A stretch of DNA of 64,000 bases from Culturomica sp. (GTDB lineage: Bacteria; Bacteroidota; Bacteroidia; Bacteroidales; Marinifilaceae): the NCBI GenBank assembly GCA_031262745.1, contig JAISHE010000022.1, positions 27,120 through 91,119 on the forward strand, given 5' to 3'. A program made the position numbers and the translations under genes. Shown one piece after another: positions 1-7,904 of this stretch. The notes under the pieces are model-generated. The model ran no database searches, was not told the DNA's origin, and saw nothing but the letters and a program-made list of their open reading frames with translations. Each line of letters begins with the position of its first letter. Position 1 is the first letter of the stretch.

Positions 1-863
1 AGTCCATCTACGTTCTGAGGGAGGTGGCGGCACAATTCGAGTGTCCGGCTATCCTTTTTTCTGGTGGTAAGGATTCAATCGTGGTTACCCATTTGGCTTA
101 CAAGGCATTTTATCCGGCACGCATTCCCTTCCCGCTGGTGCATATCGACACGGGGCACAATTTTGCCGAAACCATAGAGTATCGCGATGCGTTGGTGGAG
201 CGATTGGGTGCGCAACTAATAGTAGGTTCGGTACAGGAATCAATAGACACGGGGCGTGTGCGTGAGGAGACGGGCTACAACGCCAGCCGCAACCGCCTGC
301 AAACTACTACTCTGCTCGACACTATAGAAAAGCATAAGTTCGATGCAGCCATCGGCGGTGCTCGCAGAGACGAGGAGAAAGCACGCGCCAAAGAGCGCTT
401 TTTCTCCCACCGCGACGAGTTCGGTCAGTGGGATCCCCGCAACCAGCGTCCCGAGTTGTGGGACATATACAACGGTCACAAGCAGATTGGCGAGCATTTT
501 CGCGTTTTTCCCATCAGCAACTGGACGGAGATGGACGTGTGGCAATATATCCTCAGTGAGCGGATAGAGATGCCGTCTATCTATTTCACCCACCGGAGGC
601 GAGTGTTTCAGCGAGATGGACAATGGCTGGCTGCCGAAGAGTGTATGAAACTAAGACCCGAAGAGACTGTCGAGATCCGAGAAGTTCGTTGCCGAACTAT
701 CGGCGACATTTCTTGCACGGGGCTGACCATTTCGCGCGCGTCGTCATTAGAGGATATTATCGAGGAAATCGCATCTTCGCGCGTTACCGAGCGTGGGGGC
801 AGGGCAGACGATAAACGCTCTGAAACCTCGATGGAAGAGCGCAAAATTGCAGGATATTTTTAA
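1..863 (+). CDS. cysD: Sulfate adenylyltransferase subunit 2 (CysD), 5' end cut by window edge
   Basis: PP-loop motif FSGGKDS. The frame stays open back to nt 3 (SIYVLREVAAQFE), so the real start is upstream. Followed directly by cysN. Confidence 0.9.
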   Translation, partial: SIYVLREVAAQFECPAILFSGGKDSIVVTHLAYKAFYPARIPFPLVHIDTGHNFAETIEYRDALVERLGAQLIVGSVQESIDTGRVREETGYNASRNRLQTTTLLDTIEKHKFDAAIGGARRDEEKARAKERFFSHRDEFGQWDPRNQRPELWDIYNGHKQIGEHFRVFPISNWTEMDVWQYILSERIEMPSIYFTHRRRVFQRDGQWLAAEECMKLRPEETVEIREVRCRTIGDISCTGLTISRASSLEDIIEEIASSRVTERGGRADDKRSETSMEERKIAGYF

Positions 864-881
864 GAGATTGTTACTGAAGAT

Positions 882-2138
882 ATGGAAAGAGGATATTTGG
901 ATATGGAGCTGTTACGCTTTACCACAGCAGGCAGCGTAGACGACGGCAAGAGTACGCTGATCGGGCGGCTGTTGTACGACAGCAAATCTATTTTCGAGGA
1001 TCAGTTGGAGGCTGTGGAGACCGCCTCACGCAATCGTGGCAACGAGGAGGTGAACCTTGCCTTACTGACTGACGGTCTGCGGAGCGAGCGTGAGCAGGGC
1101 ATCACCATAGATGTGGCTTATCGCTATTTCGCCACGCCACGTCGTAAATTTATAATCGCCGACACTCCCGGTCACATTCAATATACGCGCAATATGGTCA
1201 CGGGAGCCTCGACGGCTGATTTGGCGATTATTTTGATTGATGCGCGAGGGGGTGTGAAGGAACAGACCGTGCGGCACAGTTTTATTGCCTCAATGTTGGG
1301 CATCGGGCAGGTGGCGGTGTGTGTCAATAAGATGGACTTGGTTGATTTCTCGCAAGCTGTTTTCGATAGCATAGTGAGTGAATATCGAGTGCTCGCTGAG
1401 AAATTGGGCTTGCGCAACGTTCACTTCATCCCTATTTCGGCGAAGTTGGGCGACAACGTGGTGGAACAATCGACCAATATGGTGTGGTATGCAGGTCAAA
1501 CATTGATGGAACTGCTGGAAAGCGCACCTATCGGCAAAAGTTTCACGGACGCTTCCTTGCGCATGACGGTGCAGGGAGTAATTCGTCCCATGAGCGAGCG
1601 TTTTCACGATTACAGAGGCTATACGGGGCGTGTGGCTTCGGGCGTGTTGCGGGTGGGTGACGAGGTTACGGTTTATCCTTCGGAAAGAGTCTCTATCATC
1701 CGCGCTATCAATCTGGGAGAACATCAACTCACGGAGACTCAAGCAGGCGAATCGGTGGCGGTTCAACTTGCTGATGACATTGACATCGGACGAGGAGATT
1801 TGATTGCAAGCGGCAAAGCTCCGAAGGTATCCAATGAAATTAAACTGAAAGTTTGTTGGTTCAACGCCAATCCGCTCCTTACAGGAGGTCGCTATATCAT
1901 TCGCCATGCCACCCGCGAGGTACAAGGCATCGCAAAGAGTATCGACTATCGAATTGACATCGAAACCCTCACTCAAGAACCCGCCGCAAGATTGGAAATG
2001 AACGATATTGCCGCCCTCACTCTGAAAACATCTGCCTCGCTGGTGTTCGACCCTTACAAAGAGAATCGCACCACAGGTAGCCTTATATTCATTGACCCCG
2101 CAACCTTCGAGACCGTCGGAGCGGGAATAATTCTGTAA
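882..2138 (+). CDS. cysN: Sulfate adenylyltransferase subunit 1 (CysN GTPase), no fused APS kinase domain
   Basis: GTPase motifs GSVDDGKST, DTPGH, NKMD. At 418 aa there is no room for a CysC domain. Confidence 0.9.
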   Translation: MERGYLDMELLRFTTAGSVDDGKSTLIGRLLYDSKSIFEDQLEAVETASRNRGNEEVNLALLTDGLRSEREQGITIDVAYRYFATPRRKFIIADTPGHIQYTRNMVTGASTADLAIILIDARGGVKEQTVRHSFIASMLGIGQVAVCVNKMDLVDFSQAVFDSIVSEYRVLAEKLGLRNVHFIPISAKLGDNVVEQSTNMVWYAGQTLMELLESAPIGKSFTDASLRMTVQGVIRPMSERFHDYRGYTGRVASGVLRVGDEVTVYPSERVSIIRAINLGEHQLTETQAGESVAVQLADDIDIGRGDLIASGKAPKVSNEIKLKVCWFNANPLLTGGRYIIRHATREVQGIAKSIDYRIDIETLTQEPAARLEMNDIAALTLKTSASLVFDPYKENRTTGSLIFIDPATFETVGAGIIL

Positions 2139-2142
2139 AACT

Positions 2143-2817
2143 ATGGATAAAATAACATCTGCTGAAAACATTTTGCGCACCGCACTGGAACAATACTCCG
2201 GTCGCATAGCACTCTCGTCGAGCCTCAGTATCGAGGATCAGGTATTGACCGACATATTGGTACGCCTCGACCCTGCGGCGCGTATTTTTACTCTTGATAC
2301 AGGTCGCCTGTTTCCCGAAACTTACACCCTCATCGACCGCACCAATAAACATTACGGCATCCACATTGAGGTCTTCTTCCCCGAGAGCGAGGCGGTGGAG
2401 ACTATGGTCAACGGGCAAGGCATCAATCTTTTTTACGATAGCCTGCCCCAACGCAAAGAGTGTTGTCGTGTCCGTAAAATAGAGCCGCTCAGGCGCGCTT
2501 TTGCCGGGCTTGATGCGTGGATATGCGGTCTGCGGAGGGAACAATCCATCACGCGCACCGAAGTTTTGCCCGTCGAACGCGACGAGGCTAACGACCTTGT
2601 TAAAATCAATCCGCTTTTCGACTGGACGGAACAAGAGGTGTGGGATTACATCCGTACTCATAACGTGCCCTACAACACTCTCCACGACGAGGGCTTCCCA
2701 AGCATAGGTTGCCAGCCCTGTACCCGCGCTGTAGCTCCGGGAGCCGATGCTCGATCGGGTCGCTGGTGGTGGGAGTCTCCCGAACATAAAGAGTGCGGTC
2801 TACACAGTCGACTTTAA
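2143..2817 (+). CDS. cysH: Adenylyl-sulfate/PAPS reductase, Fe-S (APS reductase) type
   Basis: PAPS-reductase fold. Cys pair in KECCRVRK, CxxC in GCQPCT and catalytic ECGLH near the C-terminus. Confidence 0.85.
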   Translation: MDKITSAENILRTALEQYSGRIALSSSLSIEDQVLTDILVRLDPAARIFTLDTGRLFPETYTLIDRTNKHYGIHIEVFFPESEAVETMVNGQGINLFYDSLPQRKECCRVRKIEPLRRAFAGLDAWICGLRREQSITRTEVLPVERDEANDLVKINPLFDWTEQEVWDYIRTHNVPYNTLHDEGFPSIGCQPCTRAVAPGADARSGRWWWESPEHKECGLHSRL

Positions 2818-2975
2818 AGTAAAAAGTGTTGAGTTTAGAGTTCCGGACATTGAGTTTAGACGAAAAAGAGTTGACTTTAAACCAAAAAGCATTGAGTTTA
2901 GAGCAAAGAGCTTTAAAGTCATAGTAAATAACTTTAAAGTCAATTCTAAAAGCTTTAAACTCAAACCTCAAATAG
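2810..2975. repeat. Phased 21-nt degenerate tandem repeat, eight units, in a convergent intergenic spacer
   Basis: Core G[AC][GC]TTTA[AG]A starts at 2810, 2831, 2852, 2873 and 2894 (exact 21-nt register). After a 16-nt step it starts again at 2910, 2931 and 2952. Confidence 0.7.
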
Positions 2976-3692
2976 TTAAATTAGTGTGTTTTTCTTTTGA
3001 ATATTCTCAAAACTTATAGAAGGAATGTCAAAAATGGTGAAAACGCTACCTATTTCGTCTGGGAAATGGGCATCTGAGGATTGTATGAAGGTTGCGTTTT
3101 TCAAATACGGATTTGCGGCAATGAAATCGGCAACGGTTGTGTGTCTACTTAGTTCCAGAGCGTCGTAACGGAGAGTTGGGGGAATAAAACCGAGTTGGGA
3201 AAGAACGCTGTACATCTTTTTGTCAATGTGAGCAGGGATGAAAATGCCGTTTAAACTGTGTACTTTTTTCTCAACTTCTTCAATACTTTGATTAATGGCA
3301 GGAATGAGCAGGCGTTCTTCTTCATAAATGATTTCTTCATCGACATTCACCACCACTTGATAGCCGAATTTCTCAGGGTTATTACGAATAAAAGGTAAGT
3401 GAGCGTCCAAATAGGCTTGAAATTCATCGAGTTTTTCGTCATCGGGCAGGAAAGCGAGGCAATGGGCTTCTTCGGCGGTGGTTACTTCGGCACCGGTGAG
3501 CACATAAATACCATGTTCTCTGCCTAAATCTCTCACCATTTTAGCTTGTCGAGTGGAATTATGGTCGGTGATACCGATAATGTCCAATCCTTTTTCTTTT
3601 GCTATGCGGACGATGTTTGAAGGACTCATTTCGAGTTCTCCGCATGGTGAGAGCACGGTGTGAATATGCAAATCAGCTCGAAATTCAGCCAT
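2976..3692 (-). CDS. PHP-domain metal-dependent phosphoesterase
   Basis: ADLHIHTVLSPCG and GITDHN PHP motifs. ATG at 3692 (MAEFRADLHIH) is preferred over the ORF-track start at 3728 because it overlaps the upstream stop by only 8 nt. Confidence 0.8.
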   Translation of the reverse strand: MAEFRADLHIHTVLSPCGELEMSPSNIVRIAKEKGLDIIGITDHNSTRQAKMVRDLGREHGIYVLTGAEVTTAEEAHCLAFLPDDEKLDEFQAYLDAHLPFIRNNPEKFGYQVVVNVDEEIIYEEERLLIPAINQSIEEVEKKVHSLNGIFIPAHIDKKMYSVLSQLGFIPPTLRYDALELSRHTTVADFIAANPYLKNATFIQSSDAHFPDEIGSVFTIFDIPSISFENIQKKNTLI

Positions 3693-4023
3693 TTTTAAGG
3701 ATTTCAAACAAGGCTCCGGCAATTTCAAAAGTAGGTAATGACGTACTTAAAACCGGAATACCTTCCGTTTCGCTCTCGTTTCGGGTGTCTTCTTCAGGTT
3801 GGTAGCCTTTCACGAGTATCACAGCTGCAAGTTCTTTCAGAGAAGCTATTGCCATGATATTTTTATGAGTTTGCAAAGTGAGCCAAACGTTGCCCTCGTT
3901 TGCATTTCCCATGACGTCGCTCAAAAGGTCGGACACATAGCCGCCTTTCACTTCTCTTTCCAATCCGGCAGCACCGCTGCACACGGTCAATTGTAGTTTT
4001 TCAACAATGTCTTTTACTTTCAT
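3685..4023 (-). CDS. DRTGG-domain protein
   Basis: 112-aa protein with DRTGG-like layout (VSDLLSDVMG ... VILVKG). Its start codon overlaps the upstream stop by 1 nt. Confidence 0.7.
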   Translation of the reverse strand: MKVKDIVEKLQLTVCSGAAGLEREVKGGYVSDLLSDVMGNANEGNVWLTLQTHKNIMAIASLKELAAVILVKGYQPEEDTRNESETEGIPVLSTSLPTFEIAGALFEILKNG

Positions 4024-5375
4024 TATTTATGATTTTCAAATTTATCTTCACCCCATATTTTTGCTGCTATTTCCTGCGATTCTTCGGGAGAAATAAGTTC
4101 GTCTTTTGTGAGCATTTTTTGTTTGAATATGCACTGACTTAGTTTTGCTTTTCCCATAACCACATCTTTTGCAAGCGATTTGCATGACGGTGTGCCGCAA
4201 AACCCGCAATCCACCTGCGGAAGTATCTTCATTATTTTATTAATCTGTTCCATTTTCTGCATGGCAACCGTAAAATCTTCATCCAATTTTTCGATGGAGC
4301 GTGGCATGATTTCTCCCGTGAGTTGCATTTGCGGAATAAGGAAGTCTTTATATTTGGGCATCTTATTTACGGAAGTGTAATTATTCTTCACGTAGTCTTC
4401 CATACGTTTATTCAATCTCTCGATGGTGAGGAAGCGATTATTAGTGGCGAGTGCACCGCCTGCGCATGAATGGTCGCACGCACGAAGTTCAATGAAGTCA
4501 ATATCATTCAACTCATCATTTTCAAGTTTCTCCAGAATATCAATAACGTTGTGGATTTCATCAATTGCCAGACATCTGCCTTTAAAATTAGATGATTCAC
4601 CGCCCGAAAGAGTCCATTGGATAGATTCCGGCGTCAGATGATACTGTTCAGGTACTTTCTCAACAGGATTATTTTTGTTTTTATTGATAGACAGCAACAC
4701 TTTATTGTATATGAAATCCATGTTGATAACTCCGTCAACCGGCGATTTATCTTCACCCACCGGCGATTTGATTGCTGCGATTTTTGCAGCGCACTGAGTT
4801 ACATAGAAAACGCCTATTTCTTCTTCCGGTATACCTTTATCTATAAACTTTTTGCGGGCATATATTGCGCTTAAGTCCATAGCTTGTTTGAGGCGTATGA
4901 TATTATCAATCAAGGAGGGGAAACGCACTTGAATAAGTCGTATCACAGCAGGACAGAATGCGGAAATAAACGGATGTTTATGCTTGTTGAGTTCCATAAA
5001 CTTTTCACTTTCGCTGATTATCATGGGCACGGCTTTATCCACTTCCATAACGTAAGTGAAGCCGATATTATGCAATTCGGCAAAGATTTGTTCCTCACTT
5101 ATATCATCCGGAAATTGTCCGATGAACACGGTGGGAAGCAATATAACGCGATTGGAAAACTTGAAGATTTGCGAGAAGTCGTCCTGCTCAACGATGATAG
5201 CTCTGCGCGGACATGATTTGAGGCACATGCCGCAGTCGGTGCATGCCGCCTCGTTGATTACTGCCTTTCCGTATTTGATGCGTATTGCGGCAGTAGGGCA
5301 AACGTTCATGCAGTGAGTGCAACCCGTGCAGGCTTCGCTCACTACTTTTAAGGCATGATAAAAAGGTTTCCCCAT
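4023..5375 (-). CDS. [FeFe]-hydrogenase-like Fe-S protein (2x 4Fe-4S ferredoxin motifs + hydrogenase large-subunit-like core + C-terminal Fe-S domain), probably sensory rather than catalytic
   Basis: CTGCTHCMNVCP and CTDCGMCLKSCP motifs. H-cluster-like segments FCPA, QCAAK and ACDHSCAGG. C-terminal CGFCGTPSC. Confidence 0.75.
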   Translation of the reverse strand: MGKPFYHALKVVSEACTGCTHCMNVCPTAAIRIKYGKAVINEAACTDCGMCLKSCPRRAIIVEQDDFSQIFKFSNRVILLPTVFIGQFPDDISEEQIFAELHNIGFTYVMEVDKAVPMIISESEKFMELNKHKHPFISAFCPAVIRLIQVRFPSLIDNIIRLKQAMDLSAIYARKKFIDKGIPEEEIGVFYVTQCAAKIAAIKSPVGEDKSPVDGVINMDFIYNKVLLSINKNKNNPVEKVPEQYHLTPESIQWTLSGGESSNFKGRCLAIDEIHNVIDILEKLENDELNDIDFIELRACDHSCAGGALATNNRFLTIERLNKRMEDYVKNNYTSVNKMPKYKDFLIPQMQLTGEIMPRSIEKLDEDFTVAMQKMEQINKIMKILPQVDCGFCGTPSCKSLAKDVVMGKAKLSQCIFKQKMLTKDELISPEESQEIAAKIWGEDKFENHK

Positions 5376-5381
5376 AGTTGT

Positions 5382-5795
5382 TTAATTTAGATGTGTAATC
5401 ATGGTTACGGTAGTACCTTTGTTGACTTCCGATTCTATTTTTAGTTCGTCGCAGTTCTTTTTTATGTTCGGTAGTCCCATTCCTGCTCCGAATCCCATCT
5501 CTCTCACTGCCGGAGATGCAGTTGAAAAACCTTCCTGCATAGCAAGGTTAATGTCGGGAATACCGGGACCTTTGTCGGCAATTTTTACAACTATTGCATT
5601 ATTGTCGAACACTACATTCATCACGCCCTCGTAAGCGTGTGCCACCACATTTACTTCCGCTTCATACAACGCCACCACAATTCGTTTTATTAATGCGGGA
5701 TTAACATTCAGTTGTTTTAACAGTTTCTTTACTTCGCTCGAAGCCGTTCCGGCGTGAGAAAAATTACCGCCTTCTATTTCGTAATTAAATTCCAT
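5382..5795 (-). CDS. RsbW/SpoIIAB-like HATPase_c protein (anti-sigma-type serine kinase fold)
   Basis: N-box EAEVNVVAHAY and G-boxes DKGPGIP and GFGAGMGLPN. ATG at 5795 (MEFNYEIEGG) was chosen because it lies 11 nt below the upstream stop at 5807. The ORF-track start at 5912 would overlap the neighbouring gene. Confidence 0.75.
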   Translation of the reverse strand: MEFNYEIEGGNFSHAGTASSEVKKLLKQLNVNPALIKRIVVALYEAEVNVVAHAYEGVMNVVFDNNAIVVKIADKGPGIPDINLAMQEGFSTASPAVREMGFGAGMGLPNIKKNCDELKIESEVNKGTTVTMITHLN

Positions 5796-5806
5796 AAATA
5801 AAATTA

Positions 5807-6151
5807 TTAAAACACAGGCTTTAAGCCGGCTTTGTAGAGTATCCCACACACATTGAACATGCTCATTTTGCTTTGCAAAAGCGTGATGCCGTTTTCTTTT
5901 GCAAGTTCGCACATTTCTTCCGTTATATTTTTGCCTCTGACAAATAATACGGTTGAAATGTCCGACATTTCAGCTGTTCGTATCACTTGCAAATTAGCCA
6001 TACCCGTGATGAGTAGCAGCTCATCTGTGTTCACGGTTAGAATATCGCTCATAAGATCGGCTGCCACCGCATATTTTATTTCATTATGAGATTGATTGCC
6101 TGTACATACTTGCACGGCTTCCGTAAGTTTTATAACATCTTCCGCTGTCAT
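5807..6151 (-). CDS. DRTGG-domain protein (second copy)
   Basis: 114 aa with the same architecture as 3685-4023 (AADLMSDILT ... VLFVRG). Confidence 0.7.
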   Translation of the reverse strand: MTAEDVIKLTEAVQVCTGNQSHNEIKYAVAADLMSDILTVNTDELLLITGMANLQVIRTAEMSDISTVLFVRGKNITEEMCELAKENGITLLQSKMSMFNVCGILYKAGLKPVF

Positions 6152-6199
6152 TTGCTTAAAATTAAGTGGCTCTAAGGTAAATAAATTTTAAATAATCCG

Positions 6200-6424
6200 T
6201 TAATCCGGTAAACGTATCTTCTCCGGCTCCTGCTTTTTGAATGCTTCAAAATCCTGTATTGCCAACAACATATCTTCGAGGAAATCCTGTGAACAACCGT
6301 TCTTACGTGCAATCTCATAGTAAGCCCGCATCGTTTCAATGGCACAAACGTCTGTGCCCGCAATTACAAAAGCCGGCACATCGTCAATCAAACATTTATG
6401 TAAAATTCTTTTCTGATCTTTCAT
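6200..6424 (-). CDS. Small hypothetical protein (74 aa), co-oriented inside the operon
   Basis: ATG-initiated ORF sitting between the flavoprotein stop (6441) and the DRTGG gene. No family recognised. Confidence 0.45.
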   Translation of the reverse strand: MKDQKRILHKCLIDDVPAFVIAGTDVCAIETMRAYYEIARKNGCSQDFLEDMLLAIQDFEAFKKQEPEKIRLPD

Positions 6425-6440
6425 CGTTTGAGAGGGGGAA

Positions 6441-7058
6441 TTACCTGATAAAGTTTGTTCGTTGCCATACTTCTTCCGCTTCCGGTACGGCTTTATTACC
6501 GGATTTAAGATTTTTCAGCAACCATGCCATGTTTCTTCCGAGAGTGCGCATGGTTTGCAAACCTTCGGCATCCTGCAACACTTCATTAGGTTGACAACCG
6601 TAGGCAATGTTCCAATATTGCGAAGAAACCACCGGCATACTTGCAATGGTGAAATATTTGTTGAGACGGTCGAAAGCGGTGCTTGCACCTCCTCTGCGAC
6701 ACACGGCTATCGATGCGGCAGGTTTATATTGCATATACTCGGAAGACGAGTAGAACAGGCGGTCGAGGAGTGCACACAAAGAACCGTTGGGACCGGCATA
6801 ATAAACCGGTGAACCGATTATCAAACCGTCTGCTTCTTTAACGTTTTCCAAAACGTTGTTGTAGAGTTCATCCTGAAAAACACAACGCCCCAGTTCGTAG
6901 CATTTAAGACAGGCGGTGCAGCCTTGAACGGCTTTTGTTCCGATGCTGATAATTTTGGTTTTAATGCCTTCTGCTTCCAATGCTTTTGCCGTTTCCGACA
7001 GAGCCGTAAATGTGTTACCTTCTTTTCGAGGACTTCCGTTTATTAATAGTACTTTCAT
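6441..7058 (-). CDS. Flavodoxin-like NAD(P)H-dependent FMN reductase / iron-sulfur flavoprotein
   Basis: MKVLLINGSPRKEGNT N-terminus and a compact CTACLKCYELGRC motif. ATG at 7058 was chosen over the 7247 ORF-track start, which runs through the promoter region. Confidence 0.8.
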   Translation of the reverse strand: MKVLLINGSPRKEGNTFTALSETAKALEAEGIKTKIISIGTKAVQGCTACLKCYELGRCVFQDELYNNVLENVKEADGLIIGSPVYYAGPNGSLCALLDRLFYSSSEYMQYKPAASIAVCRRGGASTAFDRLNKYFTIASMPVVSSQYWNIAYGCQPNEVLQDAEGLQTMRTLGRNMAWLLKNLKSGNKAVPEAEEVWQRTNFIR

Positions 7059-7096
7059 AATGTTTTGGTATTTTTTTATTTGTAAAAATTTCACAA

Positions 7097-7152
7097 CACA
7101 CAAAGGTATTGATTTAATTTGAAAATGCGGATTGATATTATACCTTTGTGTG
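7097..7152. promoter_or_regulatory. Divergent promoter pair built on a perfect 13-bp inverted repeat
   Basis: CACACAAAGGTAT (7097-7109) and ATACCTTTGTGTG (7140-7152). Each arm reads TACCTTTG (TAnnTTTG -7 box) toward its own operon. TTTG at 7118-7121 lies 19 nt upstream of the plus-strand box. Confidence 0.5.
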
Positions 7153-7181
7153 GGTGAAAAATTTAGCGGATAAGAAATTAT

Positions 7182-7904
7182 ATGCGAAAGAGAGTTACAA
7201 CGGCAGTGATAATGGGTGCTGGACTCGGCACAAGGTTCGGCAAACATACGGAGTTTATACCGAAAGGATTTATTGAAGTGAAAGGAAAACCGATGGTGGT
7301 TAGCTCCGTTGAATTACTGATTTCGTGTGGAGTGGAACGTATTATAATAGGTACAGGCTACCGTAAGGAATGTTACGAGGAGTTGGCAAAGTCGTATTCA
7401 CGGATAACAACATGTTTCAGTCCCAAATTTGCCGAAACCAACAGTATGTATACCCTTTATAACACTCGTAGTGAGATTGGGAACGACGATTTCTTGCTGC
7501 TTGAATCCGACATTATTTATGAACGTAGGGCATTGGAAGTTTTGCTTGAAAGTGAAGAAGCCGATTTGATGCTTGCCACGCCGGTCAACAAGTTTCAAGA
7601 CATGTATTATGTGGAATATGATGCGGAAAAGCGTTTGACTAATTGTTCGGTGAATAAAAACGAGTTAAATCCTCTTGGGGAGATGGTCGGGATACATAAA
7701 TTGTCCAACGAATTTTATCAATTGATGTGTGGGGATTTTGAACGCAAATTGAACGACAATCCGAAGTTAGGATATGAATTTGAAATTTTGAATATAGCTC
7801 AAACGCAGCGACCGATAAAGGTGATTAACGTAAGCGGTTTGAAATGGTATGAAATAGATGATGAATCCGATTTGGAATATGCGGAGAAAAATATTGATTT
7901 ATGA
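7182..7904 (+). CDS. LicC/MobA-like nucleotidyltransferase (candidate phosphonate/phosphocholine cytidylyltransferase)
   Basis: N-terminal GAGLGTRFG loop. First gene of the AEP operon. ATGA overlap with the next gene. Confidence 0.75.
   Translation: MRKRVTTAVIMGAGLGTRFGKHTEFIPKGFIEVKGKPMVVSSVELLISCGVERIIIGTGYRKECYEELAKSYSRITTCFSPKFAETNSMYTLYNTRSEIGNDDFLLLESDIIYERRALEVLLESEEADLMLATPVNKFQDMYYVEYDAEKRLTNCSVNKNELNPLGEMVGIHKLSNEFYQLMCGDFERKLNDNPKLGYEFEILNIAQTQRPIKVINVSGLKWYEIDDESDLEYAEKNIDL

Noticed and set aside
1290-2207. Long antisense ORFs opposite well-supported genes. Examples are 1290-2207 and 2089-2787 opposite cysN/cysH, 8708-9391 opposite aepX, 35622-36320 opposite tsf, 39691-40446 opposite fabH, 56911-57417 and 58387-58911.
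   Set aside because: Each lies fully inside a gene with clear family motifs on the other strand. Their translations are low-complexity or Cys/Arg/His-rich with no recognisable motifs. This is the typical shadow-ORF artefact.
2810-2975. Possible CRISPR array.
   Set aside because: The units are 21 nt with no unique spacers between them, and no cas genes or leader are present. It is a simple degenerate tandem repeat.
2606-3019. ORFs 2747-3019 (+) and 2606-2971 (-), which encode heptad-like peptide repeats (VDFKVKS VEFRVPD IEFRRKR ...).
   Set aside because: They are open only because the 21-nt DNA repeat is a whole number of codons. Both start inside cysH in another frame. The repeat is better treated as a DNA- or RNA-level feature.
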